Source: Chrysemys picta bellii
Taxonomy: Eukaryota
Direction of reading: 5' to 3'
Length of the DNA: 64,000 bases
Assembly (NCBI RefSeq): GCF_011386835.1
Contig: NC_088794.1
Span: forward strand, 1,860,001-1,924,000
In this document: positions 23,850-36,803 of the stretch, in pieces
Layout of the letters: the number at the start of each line of letters is the position of its first letter
How positions within the stretch are numbered: the first letter of the stretch is position 1
Translations under genes and position numbers: made by a program
Notes under the pieces: model-generated
The model's input: the letters and a program-made list of their open reading frames with translations, nothing else
Database searches by the model: none
What the model was told of the DNA's origin: nothing

Positions 23850-24612
23850 TCTTGCAGCTGTCTGGCACAGCTGTGAAAACAGCTGGATGACAAATGATTC
23901 CCCCCGCCCGGCCCCCCAGCCTTGTAAACCCGGCCAGGATCAATCAAGCCACTTTGGAGCCAGGGTGTTAATTAGGCAATTAGGTGGCTTCAAGCGGGAG
24001 GAACCAGGACGGGGGGGGGGGTCGGGAGTGTGGGGCACCGGCACAGCTGCGGGGCGGAAGTGTGGGGCACCGGTGGAGATTGGGGGTCTGGCAGGGGCCT
24101 GCGGGTCGGGAGTGAGGGGCACCGGTGGAGATGGCTGGGCTGGCAGGGGGCTGCGGGTCTGGAGTGAGGGGCACCGGCGGGACTGGGAGGGCCTGGGGGG
24201 GGGGGGGGCAGGGGTCTGCGGGTCTGGAGTGAGGGGCACCGGCGGGACTGGGAGGGTCTGGGGGGGGGCAGGGGCTGCGGGTCGGGAGTGAGGGGCACCG
24301 GCGGGACTGGGAGGGTCGGGGGGGCAGGGGGCTGCGGGTCGGGAGTGAGGGGCACCGGCGGGACTGGGAGGCAGGGGGCTGCGGGTCGGGAGTGAGGGGC
24401 ACCGGCGGGCCTGGGGGGGGGGCACCATAGCTCCCAGGCCCCGCAGTCCTGTGCATCTGCCACTTTCGCTTGTCCCTGTGAAGTCCCCTCCCCCCGACCC
24501 CCCAGCCGCTGCCCCCCGGGCTGCCCCAGAGCCCCCCCGGCCTCTAGCCCCTCCCGCTCTCAACGTGCCATTTGGGGTCTCACTTCAAAGTTCCTCGGGA
24601 GGCCCATAAATA
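23850..24612 (+). promoter_or_regulatory. TBX6 proximal promoter/enhancer (copy 2)
   Basis: Three CAGCTG (23855, 23868, 23880), CAAATG (23891), GGGTGTTAA (23963-23971), CCATTTGG (24568-24575), TTCAAAG (24584-24590), CCATAAATA (24604-24612). Confidence 0.6.
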
Positions 24613-24783
24613 GGGGGCTGCGCCCAGGGGAGCGGCCAGAGCCAGAGCAGAGCCGCGCTGCGTCCCCTGGGCCAAGAGAACCCAGGCGTCCGGGCTCCCA
24701 GCCCCCCCCCCTCCCTCCCTCAACCACTATCCCCACTCCCCTCCCGGAGCCAGGAGAGAACCCAGGTGTCCGGGCCCCTCGGC

Positions 24784-27700
24784 ATGTACCATCCGTCGGA
24801 GATGTTCCCGCAGTTCGGGGGGTCCTACCCACTGCGCCCCGCTCCCCATGGGGGGCTCCCGGCAGGCTTCCCCCAGGGGCAGGGGCCCCAGTACGAAGGT
24901 TTCCGCTACCCAGGTGAGCGGGACGGGGGGGCTGGGGAAGGGGAGCCGAGAGAGGTGGGGGAGGGGACACAAGGATCTGGGGGGGACCCAAGGGGCAGCT
25001 GGGGAGCACAGGTGGAGATGCGGGGACACGGGATTCGGGGGGCAGAGGGGGAACAAGGGGCAGACCAGTGGGGTTCCCTGGGGCACCGCACGGGGTGTCT
25101 GGAGAGCCCCCTGCCCCCCCCCCCCCCGCGGACAGCTGGGCTCTTAGCACCAGATAGTGACCAAATGGCGGGATTGGCAGCGAGATGTGAGATTACTGCA
25201 GCCTCAGAATGTGTGACCCCCCCGAGCCCCCCACTCCTGACCCGCAGCCCCCGCTACCCCAGCCCTACCCCCCAGTCCGCTGGTGCCCCCCACTCCCGAC
25301 CCACCGCCCCCGTTACCCCAGACCTACCCCCCCAGTCCGCTGGTGCCCCCCACTCCCGACCCACCGCCCCCGTTACCCCAGACCTGCCCCCCCCAGTCCG
25401 CTGGTGCCCCCCACTCCCGACCCACCGCCCCCATTACCCCAGCCCTACCCCCCAGTCCGCTGGTGCCCCCCACTCCCGACCCACCGCCCCCATTACCCCA
25501 GACCTGCCCCCCCCAGTCCGCTGGTGCCCCCCACTCCTGACCCGCAGCCCCCGCTACCCAGCCCTACCCCCCCAGTCCGCTGGTGCCCCCCACTCCCGAC
25601 CCACCGCCCCCATTACCCCAGACCTGCCCCCCCCAGTCCGCTGGTGCCCCCCACTCCTGACCCGCAGCCCCCGCTACCCCAGCCCTACCCCCCAGTCCGC
25701 TGGTGCCCCCCACTCCCGACCCACCGCCCCCATTACCCCAGCCCTACCCCCCCAGTCCGCTGGTGCCCCCCACTCCTGACCCGCAGCCCCCGCTACCCCA
25801 GCCCTACCCCCCCAGTCCGCTGGTGCCCCCCACTCCCGACCCACCGCCCCCATTACCCCAGACCTGCCCCCCCCAGTCCGCTGGTGCCCCCCACTCCTGA
25901 CCCGCAGCCCCCGCTACCCCAGCCCTACCCCCCCAGTCCGCTGGTGCCCCCCACTCCCGACCCACCGCCCCCATTACCCCAGACCTGCCCCCCCAGCAGC
26001 TCTGGTGCCCCCCACTCCTGACCCGCAGCCCCCGTTACCCCAGCCCTACCCCCCCCAGTCCGCTGGTGCCCCCCACTCCCGACCCACCGCCCCCATTACC
26101 CCAGACCTGCCCCCCCCAGTCCGCTGGTGCCCCCCACTCCTGACCCGCAGCCCCCGCTACCCCAGCCCTACCCCCCCAGTCCGCTGGTGCCCCCCACTCC
26201 CGACCCACTGCCCCCATTACCCCAGACCTGCCCCCCCAGTCCGCTGGTGCCCCCCACTCCGACCCACCGCCCCCGTTACCCCAGACCTCTTCCCCCAGCA
26301 GCTCTGGTGCCCCCCACTCCTGACCCGCAGCCCCCGTTACCCCAGACCTCTTCCCCCAGCAGCTCTGGTGGCCCCACTCCTGACCCGCAGCCCCCGCTAC
26401 CCCAGCCCTACCCCCCCCCCAGTCCGCTGGTGCCCCCCACTCCCGACCCACTGTCCCCATTACCCCAGACCTGCCCCCCCCCAGCAGCTCTGGTACCCCC
26501 CACTCCTGACCCGCAGCCCCCGTTACCCCAGACCTGTTCCCCCAGCAGCTCTGGAGACCCCCACTCCCGACCCGCAGCCCCCGTTACCCCAGCCCTGCCC
26601 CCCCAGTCCGCCCGTGTCCCCCACTCCTGACCCGCAGCCCCTGTTATCCCAGCCCTGCCCCCCCAGTGTCCACCCGTGCCCCTCACTCCCGACTCGCAGC
26701 CCCCGTTACCACAGACCTGCCCCCCAGCTCTGCCGGTGCCCCTCACTCCCGACCCGCAGCCCCCTGCCAGCCCAGCCCTGCCTCCCCCAGCTCTGCCGGT
26801 GCCCCTCACTCCCGACCCGCAGCCCCTGCCAGCCCAGCCCTGCCCCCCCCCCAGCTCTGCCGGTGCCCCTCACTCCCGACCCGCAGCCCCTGCTAGCCCA
26901 GCCCTACCCCCCCAGTCCGCTGGTGCCCCCCACTCCCGACCCACAGCCCCTCTCTGACGGTCTCTGCTCCCCCAGATCTGGACGGCGTCTCAGCCCCCAA
27001 GTTCGAGCCCTTTTGCCCCGCATTGGACCGGGCTGGGCGGCTCCTGGGCCCCTCACCCTCGGGGCCCCTGCCTGCCCCACCCCTGCCCTACGGGGGCGGG
27101 CAGCAGCTGCCCCCGGCCGAGCCCCCCCGCCTGCCCCCCAGCGTGCGGATGAGCCTGGAGAACCGGGAGCTGTGGAAGCGGTTCTGCGCCCTGGGCACCG
27201 AGATGATCATCACCAAGTCGGGGCGGTAAGGGGGGGTGGGGCGGCCCTGGGGAGCGAAGGGTCCGTGGGGGCGTCTCTGGGGTGGGGGGCCCTGGGGGAG
27301 GGAAAGGTCCATAGGGGAGGTCTCTGGGGTGGGGGGTTCTTGGGGAGGGTCCCGTGGGGGGAAGGGTCCGTGGTGGGGTCTCTGGGGTGGGGACCCCCGG
27401 GGGGGCGTCTCTGGAGTGGGGGGTCCATGGGGGGGGTCTCTGGGGTGAGGGGGCCGTGGGGGAGAGAAGGGTCCATGGAGGGGGTCTCTGGGGTGGGGGT
27501 CCATGGGGGGAAGGGTCCGTGGTGGGGTCTCTGGGGTGGGGACCCCCGGGGGGGCGTCTCTGGAGTCGGGGGTCCATGGGGGGGGTCTCTGGGGTGAGGG
27601 GGCCATGGGGGAGAGAAGGGTCCATGGGGGGGGTCTCTGGGGTGGGGGTCCATGAGGGGAAGGGTCCGTGGGGGAGCTGTGGGGGAGGGAAGGAGCCCAG

Positions 27701-30700
27701 GGGGAGCAGAGGTGGGGGAGCCAGGCTGTATTTTAGGGGTCACAGGATATCCCCGACCCCTTTGGCCTTCCTCCGACATCCCTGTATCCCTCCACCCACA
27801 TATAGTTCCGCCATCTCATCTCCTGCCCTCTATATCGCCCCGTGCCCTCTGCCCCATAGAGTCCCTGCGCCCCTGTATCCCTCCGCCACCTCGCCTAGAC
27901 AATATCCCTCCACGCCCCCATGTTTGTCACCCACCTGTAGTCCTCAGACCTCTGCCCTTATTGCCCCAACCCCATTGCTGCTAACGTCCCATATCGCTCT
28001 GCCCCATAGAGCCCCCACGCCCTCGTATCCCTCTGCCCCACATTGCCCATCACCCCCCCGTATCCCTCCGCACCGTCGAGCCTCTCACCCCCTGTATCCC
28101 TCCGCCCCATCGAGCCCCTCATGCCCCCGTATCCCTCCACCCCATAGATCCCTACATGCCCCGGTATCCTCCACCCCATTGAGCCCCTCATCCCTCGTAT
28201 CCCTCCACCACATCAAGCCCCTCACCCCCCATATCCCTCCACCCCGTCGAGCCCTACACGCCCCGGTATCCCTCTGATCCGTTGAGCCCCTCACGCCCCC
28301 GTATCCCTCCGCGCCGTCGAGCCCTACACGCCCCGGTATCCCTCCGCCCAATCGAGCCCCTCACACCCCATATCCCTCCACCCCGTCGAGCCCCTAACGC
28401 CCCGGTATCCCTCCACCCCGTCGAGCCTCTCACGCCGCCGTCGAGCCCCCTCACACCCCATATCCCTCCGCCCCATAGATCCCTACACACCCCATATCCC
28501 TCCACCCCGTCGAGCCTCTCACCCCCTGTATCCCTCCGCCCCATCGAGCCCCTCACACCCCATATCCCTCCGCCCAATCGAGCCCCTCATGCCCCCGTAT
28601 CCCTCCACCTCGTTGAGCCCCTCACACCCCGTATCCCTCCGCCCTGTCGAGCCCCTCACGCCCCCATATCCCTCCACCCCATAGATCCCTACACACCCTA
28701 TATCCCTCTGCTCCGTCGAGCCTCTCACACCCCGTATCCCTCCGCCCTGTCGAGCCCCTCACGCCCCCATATCCCTCCGCCTCGTCGAGCCCCTCACGCC
28801 CCCATATCCCTCCGCCTCGTCGAGCCCCTCACGCCCCCGTATCCCTCCACCCCGTCGAGCCCCTCACGCCCCATATCCCTCCGCCCCGTCGAGCCCCTCA
28901 TGCCCCCGTATCCCTCTGCCCCACGTTGCCCATCACCCCCCATCCCTCCGCCCCGTCGAGCCTCTCACCCCCTGTATCCCTCCGCCCCATCGAGCCCCTC
29001 ATGCCCCCGTATCCCTCCAACCCATAGATCCCTACATGCCCCGGTATCCCTCCACCCCATTGAGCCCCTCATCCCTCGTATCCCTCCACCACATCAAGCC
29101 CCTCACCCCCCATATCCCTCCGCCCTGTCGAGCCCCTCACGCCCCCGTATCCCTCCGCCCTGTCGAGCCCCTCACACCCCATATCCCTCCACCCCATAGA
29201 TCCCTACATGCCCCGGTATCCCTCCACCCCGTTGAGCCCCTCACCCCTTGTATCCCTCCACCACATCAAGCCCCTCACCCCCCATATCCCTCCGCCCTGT
29301 CGAGCCCCTCACGCCCCCGTATCCCTCCGCCCTGTCGAGCCCCTCATGCCCCCGTATCCCTCCGCGCCGTCGAGCCCCTCATGCCCCCGTATCCCTCCGC
29401 GCCGTCGAGCCCCTCATGCCCCCGTATCCCTCCGCGCCGTCGAGCCCCTCACGCCCCCGTATCCCTCCGCGCCGTCGAGCCCCTCACGCCCCCGTATCCC
29501 TCCGCCCCGTCGAGCCCCTCACGCCCCATATCCCACCACCCCGTCGAGCCCCTCACGCCCCCGTATCCCACCGCCCTGTCGAGCCTCTCACGCCGCCGTC
29601 GAGCCCCCTCACACCCCATATCCCTCCGCCCCATAGATCCCTACACACCCCATATCCCTCCACCCCGTTGAGCCCCTCACCCCTCGTATCCCTCCACCAC
29701 ATCAAGCCCCTCACCCCCCATATCCCTCCGCCCTGTCGAGCCCCTCATGCCCCGGTATCCCTCTGGCCCGTTGAGCCCCTCACGCCCCCGTATCCCTCCG
29801 CCCCGTCGAGCCCCTCACGCCCCCGTATCCCTCCGCCCCGTCGAGCCCCTCACGCCCCGGTATCCCTCTGCCTCGTCGAGCCCCTCACACCCCATATCCC
29901 ACCACCCCGTCGAGCCCCTCACGCCCCCGTATCCCACCGCCCTGTCGAGCCTCTCACGCCGCCGTCGAGCCCCCTCACACCCCATATCCCTCCGCCCCAT
30001 AGATCCCTACACACCCCATATCCCTCTGCCCTGTCGAGCCTCTCACACCTTTGCTCCCTTGAGCTCCTCACGCCCCCACATCTCTCCACCCCATAGATCC
30101 CTACATGCCCCGGTATCCCTCTGCCCCCGTCGAGCCCCTCACGCCCCCGTATCCCTCCACCCCGTCGAGCCCCTCACACCCCATATCCCTCCGCCCCGTC
30201 GAGCCCCTCACGCCCCCGTATTCCTCCACCCCGTTGAGCCCCTAACGCCCCGGTATCCCTCCACCCCGTCGAGCCTCTCACCCCCTGTATCCCTCCGCCC
30301 CATCGAGCCCCTCACACCCCATATCCCTCCGCCCAATCGAGCCCCTCATGCCCCCGTATCCCTCCACCTCGTTGAGCCCCTCACACCCCGTATCCCTCCG
30401 CCCTGTCGAGCCCCTCATGCCCCGGTATCCCTCCGCCCTGTCGAGCCCTACACGCCCCGGTATCCCTCCGCCCAATCGAGCCCCTCACACCCCATATCCC
30501 TCCACCCCATAGATCCCTACATGCCCCGGTATCCCTCCACCCCGTTGAGCCCCTCACCCCTCGTATCCCTCCACCACATCAAGCCCCTCACCCCCCATAT
30601 CCCTCCGCCCTGTCGAGCCCCTCACGCCCCCGTATCCCTCCGCCCTGTCGAGCCCCTCATGCCCCCGTATCCCTCCGCGCCGTCGAGCCCCTCACGCCCC

Positions 30701-33700
30701 GTATCCCTCCGCCCCGTCGAGCCCCTCACACCCCATATCCCACCACCCCGTCGAGCCCCTCACGCCCCCGTATCCCATCGCCCTGTCGAGCCTCTCACGC
30801 CGCCATCGAGCCCCCTCACACCCCATATCCCTCCGCCCCATAGATCCCTACACACCCCATATCCCTCCACCCCGTTGAGCCCCTCACCCCTCGTATCCCT
30901 CCACCACATCAAGCCCCTCACCCCCCATATCCCTCCGCCCTGTCGAGCCCCTCATGCCCCGGTATCCCTCTGGCCCGTTGAGCCCCTCACGCCCCCGTAT
31001 CCCTCCGCCCCGTCGAGCCCCTCACGCCCCGGTATCCCTCTGCCTCGTCGAGCCCCTCACACCCCATATCCCACCACCCCGTCGAGCCCCTCACGCCCCC
31101 GTATCCCACCGCCCTGTCGAGCCTCTCACGCCGCCGTCGAGCCCCCTCACACCCCATATCCCTCCGCCCCATAGATCCCTACACACCCCATATCCCTCTG
31201 CCCTGTCGAGCCTCTCACACCTTTGCTCCCTTGAGCTCCTCACGCCCCCACATCTCTCCACCCCATAGATCCCTACATGCCCCGGTATCCCTCTGCCCCG
31301 TCGAGCCCCTCACGCCCCCGTATCCCTCCACCCCGTCGAGCCCCTCACACCCCATATCCCTCCGCCCCGTCGAGCCCCTCACGCCCCCGTATTCCTCCAC
31401 CCCGTCGAGCCCCTAACGCCCCGGTATCCCTCCACCCCGTCGAGCCTCTCACCCCCTGTATCCCTCCGCCCCATCGAGCCCCTCACACCCCATATCCCTC
31501 CGCCCAATCGAGCCCCTCATGCCCCCGTATCCCTCCACCTCGTTGAGCCCCTCACACCCCGTATCCCTCCGCCCTGTCGAGCCCCTCACGCCCCGGTATC
31601 CCTCCACCCCGTTGAGCCCCTCACACCCCATATCCCTCCGCCCCGTCGAGCTCCTCACGCCCCCGTATCCCTCCACCCCATAGATCCCTCCACCCCATAG
31701 ATCCCTACACACCCCGTATCCCTGTGCCCCATCGAGCCTCTCACACCCCGGTATCCCTCTGCCCCGTCGAGCCCCCTCATCCCCCCCGAATCCTCCCGCA
31801 GGCGGATGTTCCCCCAGCTGAAGGTCTCAGTGACGGGGCTGGACCCCGAGGCGAAGTATCTGCTGCTGGTGGACATGGTGCCGGCAGGGGCCTCACGCTA
31901 CAAGTGGCAGGGTCAGCGCTGGGAGGCCAGTGGCAAGGCCGAGCTCCCGCCCCCCGACCGGGTCTACATCCACCCCGACTCCCCAGCCTCGGGCGCCCAC
32001 TGGATGCGCCAGCCCGTGTCCTTCCACCGCCTCAAGCTGACCAACAACACGCTGGACCCCCACGGCCACGTAAGTGGGCAGGGGTGGGGCAAAGAGAGTG
32101 CTTAGGAGGGCAAGGGAGGGGCTTAGGAGGATGGGGGCGGAGCCTATGAGGATGGGGGCGGAGCCTAGGGGTAGAGGTGAGGGGCTTAGGGTGGTGAGGG
32201 GTGGGCAGGATGTGGGGGAGCAGGGGGGCATGCGGGGTGCGGGTGCCCATGTCTAACCCCTGTCTCTTCCCCAGCTGATCCTGCACTCCATGCACCGCTA
32301 CCAGCCCCGCGTGCACGTGGTGGGAGCGGGAGGGCCAGGGGGGCGTGGGGGGGGCTGTGCCTCCTTCACCTTTCCTGAGACGGCCTTCCTCACCGTCACT
32401 GCCTACCAGAGCCCCAAGGTGAGCCCAACCCCACTCCTGCCCCCTCATTTCCGACCACCCCGCTGCCCCCCCCCCCGGGTTCTGACTCACCTCCCTCTTC
32501 CCTCGTGCCCCCTCCAGATCACCCAGATGAAGATTGAGAGTAACCCCTTCGCCAAAGGCTTCCGGGAGAACGGCATGAACAGCAAGAGGTGCTGGGGGGC
32601 ACAAGGAGGGGGGATGAGGTGGAGGGGGCTGTGGGATACTAGGATGGGAGACGCGAGCTTGGGGGCACCAATTGGGGGAGCCTTGGGGGGATGTGAAGAG
32701 GAAGGTGGGCACTGGGGGGAGTGGAGCCGTCAGCCCAGTAACCCCCCATCTCTCCCTGCCCCCTCAGGGAGCGAGATGCCCGGATCAAGAGGAAGATGAG
32801 GGGCGATGTGGCCGAACCTACCAGGAATGAGGCTGGTATGGGACCCCCAACCCTCCCACTGCACCCCCACTTGTTGCGCCCTCTCCCCCTCCATCCTGCC
32901 CATGCACCAGCCCTTCCACCATCCCAGCAGCCTCTCTCCCTGCCCCCTCCCCGCTTTTCCAGACCCCCATGCCCCAACATTAACCCTTTGCATTCCTCCT
33001 CCCCCAGATTGCAAGCGAGGTCCCTGTGACTCCACCCAGGGCCCTCCCCCAGAGCCACCAGCCCCCCCTGACTGCTCCTTCCACCCCATCTCTTCTTCCT
33101 ACCCTCCCGGCGGGAGCGAGGAGCTGGGGTGCCCCCTGGGGGGGGTGAACCCCAGTGCCGAGGCGTATGTCCAGCATCCAGCCGCCTTCCACGGCCTGCA
33201 GCCTCCCCAGGGGTCTGCCGGCTACGCCAGGTGAGTGCACGGATCATGCTGGGCACCAAAAGTCATGGGGGCAGGGGAGAGCCTCTTACCTACACCCATG
33301 GGGTGGAGGGTCCAGGGGTCAGAGGTCACGGGCAGGTCAGGAATTGTCTGTCAAAAAATGCAGTTTCCGCAAAAATCTAAATTTCCAGCTGGAAATTTCC
33401 AGTTGTTGCCCAAACATTTTGACTCTCCCTCAGGGACAATTGGAAAGGGTTCAGGTTTGGTTCGATATCGCATCATGAATCAGCCACTTGTGACATCACA
33501 CTGCATTTCCCTAGTGTGACGCCGTGCCTTCTGGGAGCTGTAGTTGCAAGTGCTTTGGAGGATAGGATTACAATTCAAAATGATCTGCCTGGAGAAATGG
33601 CCTGAAGTGAATAGGATGAGATTCAATAAGGACAAATGCAAAGTGCTCCCCTTAGGAAGGACCAATCAGTTGCACACATACACAATGGGCAATGATGGCC

Positions 33701-35074
33701 GAGGAAGGAGTCCTGCGGAAAGGGATCTGGGGGTCATAATGGATCACAAGCTAAATATGAGTCAAGAGTGTAACGCTGTTGCAACAAAAGAGAACATCAT
33801 TCTGGGATGTATTAGCAGGAGTGTTGTAAGCAAGACACGGGAGTAATTCTTCCGCTCTACTCTGCGCTGATACGGCCGCAACTGGAGTATTGTGTCCAGT
33901 TCTGGGCGCCACATTTCAGGAAGGATGTGGACAAATTGGAGAGAGTCCAGAGAAGAGCAACAAAAATGCTTAAAGGTCTAAAAAGATGAGCTATGAGGGA
34001 AGATTGAAAACACTGGGTGTGTTTAGTCTGGAGCAGAGAAGGCCGAGAGGGGACATGAGAACAGTTTTCAAGCATGTAAAAGGTTGTTACAAGGAGGAGG
34101 GAGAACAATTGTTCTTGTTAACCTCTGAGGACAGGACAAGAAGCGAGGGGCTTAAATTGCAGCAAGGGAGGTCTAGGTTGGACATCAGGAAAAACGTCCT
34201 GTCAGGGTGGTTAAGCACTGGAATAAATTGCCCAGGGAGGTGGTGGAATCTCCGTCACTGGGGATGTTTAAGAGCAGGTTGGACAAACCCCCGTCAGGGA
34301 TGGGCCAGATAATACTTAGTCCTGCCACGAGTGAGGGGACGGGACTAGATACCTCGCGAGGCCCCTTCCAGTCCTGTGATTCCCTCCCCTCCACCCCCCA
34401 TACCTATTGGGCTGCTCCATTGTCCTAATGCCCTCCCCCCGCATCTGCCAGGCTGGTCCATCACCCCTCCCAGCATGGCACCTGACAGGCTGTTCCCTTA
34501 CCCTCCCCCTGCTGGGCTGTTCCATTCCCCCCCCAATAGCACCTGACAGGCTGTTCCGTTCCCCTCCCCCTGTATAGTACCTGGGAGGCTGTTCCGTTCC
34601 CCTCCCCCTGCTGGGCTATTCCGTTCCCCTCCCCCTGCATAGTACCTGACAGGCTGTTCCCTTACCCTCCCCCTGGTTGGACTGTTTCATCCCTCCTCCT
34701 GCTATGGTACCCAACAGGCTTTTCCGTTATCCTCCCCCTGCTGGGCTGATCCATTAACCTCACTCTTTTCTCTCTGCAGCTCACCCTGTGCCGCTCCTGA
34801 AGCAGCTGCTGCCCCGAAGCCCATGGGGGACCCCAGCTGCCCCCCTGCCAAGCCACCCCCTGACCAATCAAATTGCAGAACCACCAGCGGCCCCCCCCTT
34901 ACCTATCCCCCCTACGGGCTGGACGTCAGCTGCTTGCTGGGGGCAGGGCTGGACGGCCCCCCCGCACCTGACCTCCGCTTCCCCCCGTTCCTGCCCTACC
35001 CGCCCCCCCGCCTCTATGCCCCACCCGGGCCCCCTGCCGGGTACCTCGAGGGGGGCAGCAAGGGCCTCTTCTGA
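24784..35074 (+). CDS. TBX6: T-box transcription factor TBX6, 8 coding exons, 482 aa
   Basis: Exons 24784-24913, 26976-27225, 31802-32069, 32275-32418, 32518-32588, 32768-32835, 33008-33230, 34780-35074 total 1449 nt, frame intact. N-terminus MYHPSE...YRYP-like; T-box LENRELW...[15 protein letters not shown]...HPDSP...[11 protein letters not shown]; [10 protein letters not shown]; GPCDST; SAEAY..HPAAFHG; C-terminus [12 protein letters not shown]. Confidence 0.95.
25215..26950. repeat. TBX6 intron VNTR (copy 2, longer allele)
   Basis: Same units as 18280-19660; intron is 2062 bp versus 1691 bp in copy 1. Confidence 0.9.
27980..31780. repeat. 3.8-kb C-rich minisatellite (about 35-bp unit) with higher-order structure in TBX6 intron 2
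   Basis: CGTCGAGCCCCTCACGCCCCCGTATCCCTCCGCCC and variants. A unique marker TTGCTCCCTTGAGCTCC occurs at 30051 and 31223. Confidence 0.95.
33550..34380 (+). mobile_element. 5'-truncated CR1 LINE (RT C-terminus and 3' end) in the last TBX6 intron
   Basis: Peptides [37 protein letters not shown], and the CCCTTCCAGTCCTGTGATTC end. Confidence 0.92.
34440..34750. repeat. Short tandem repeat next to the last TBX6 acceptor
   Basis: GGCTGTTCCGTTCCCCTCCCCCTG-type units. Confidence 0.75.
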
Positions 35075-35490
35075 GGGCTGGGCTCCCCCCCAGCTGTCAC
35101 CCCACTAGCCATGGGGTTGCCCCCTCACCCAGGGGAGCAACCCCCCACTGCAACTGACTTATTTATTCCAAGGGGGGGCCCAGACCCTTCTCTGCAGCTA
35201 CTGGATAGGGGCAGAGAGATGGGGTGAAATGTACATCCCCCAACCTGAGCTGCAGCCCTCACCCTCTTCATTATCTGCCTCCCCCAACCCCTATTCTTCC
35301 CCCCTGTTATCTGCCCCCCGCACAGCAACCCTGCTATCGCTGCCTCCCTGTTATCTGCTCCCCCCATGGTCCCCTACAGCCTCTGTCCCCTCCCCCCAGG
35401 AGCTGATTTTTTTGTGGGGGGGGGGAAATGAGGAAACATGGGGGCATTTCCTACCCTTTTAAAAACCAATACAAACCAAGTCACCCAATC

Positions 35491-35496
35491 AATAAA
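35491..35496 (+). terminator. TBX6 polyadenylation signal
   Basis: AATAAA about 420 bp after the stop codon. Confidence 0.75.
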
Positions 35497-36763
35497 GCTG
35501 GGAAGGCAGCAAAGCGGCATCCGTGTGTCTGGTCTGGGGAAACCGTCCAAGGAAGCCAGATGACCCTGGCTGGGGATTCATGCTGCAAGGGGCCCAGGCT
35601 CACAGGCCTGGAGCCAGGACATGAGGCGTGGCTCTGAGACAGGCCAGCACTAGATACTCGCTGACATTGGGACCTCGGAAGCTGGAGAATGGCTGAGCCC
35701 GTGGTTCTGTGCTCCTGGCTGATAGCTCGGAAGAAAAGGAGCTCGAAAGCTGACGGCTCAGCGTCCTAGCAGACACAGCACAAGCCTGGGTATTCGTGGG
35801 GGCCGGCTACAGGCCGTCACATCACAGCGAGGGACGGGCGGAGCAGCTCCTCCCTATAACATGTAGGAGAAAAGCCAGGTGCTCATGGGGGACTTCAGTC
35901 TGCAGGACCCCCACTGGCGGGGTCATGCTGCCAGGACTGAAACAGCCTGGGAATTCATAGCTGACCATTTCCTAACTCAAAAAGTGATGCAGCCAACCTG
36001 GGGGAATTCACTGTCAGACCTTGTCCTAACCCATAAAGAGAAACGGACGCAGAACTAGAAGGGAACAGTAGCTTAGGTACAAGTGATCAGGTCTTGAGCA
36101 AATTTATGATGTGTGAGCAGAACAAAGTCCAGAACAGCAATAGATATTCTTGGCGTTTTAATAGGGCCAATTTCACAAAGCTGACGACAATTAGGAACCC
36201 CATGAGCAGGGAGGAAGAATTTAATCAGAAAAAGGTGAATGATAAGTGGGAATTATTTAAAAACACCTCACTAGACACCCAAAAAGTCGAGGAAAAAGAC
36301 TGTGCTGATTAAAAAAAACAACTGGCTTATTAGAGGGGAAGTAAAAGCAGCTATAAAAATAATATATAACAAATGGAAGAAGGGGGAAGTTGATAGTAAT
36401 GAATGTAAATCAGAAGTAAGGAATTGCAGAAAATTGATAAGGGAAGCCAAGGGGCGCAAGAAGAAATCAATGGCCGGCAGAGTTAAGGACAATAAGGAGC
36501 TTTTAAACATGTTAGGAACAAAAAGGATCCTGACAATTGTATTGGTCCATGACTAGCTGGAAATGGTGGAGTTATGAATAATAATGTTGAAAAGGCTGAA
36601 GTGTTCATTCAATATTTCTCTTCTGTATGTGGGGGGAAAACACATGATGCGGTCTCACTCGCTCCGTTCCATTAGTAGCTGTGGAGGATGTTAAGCTCCT
36701 AAAATTAGATAAAAGAAGAACAGGAGGACTTGTGGCACCTTAGAGACTAACAAATTTATTAGA

Positions 36764-36803
36764 GCATAAGCTTTCGTGGACTACAGCCCACTTCTTCGGA
36801 TGC
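36764..36803 (-). ncRNA. Mirror copy of the minimal hammerhead motif in the left arm
   Basis: Exact reverse complement of 37121-37160. Confidence 0.65.

Noticed and set aside
6162-31268. Numerous Pro/Gly-rich ORFs in introns (for example 6297-7706, 9014-10465, 11854-13464, 26005-27597, 29747-31174)
   Set aside because: These are translations of GC-rich tandem repeats, open on both strands and in several frames; the real exons are short segments within them.
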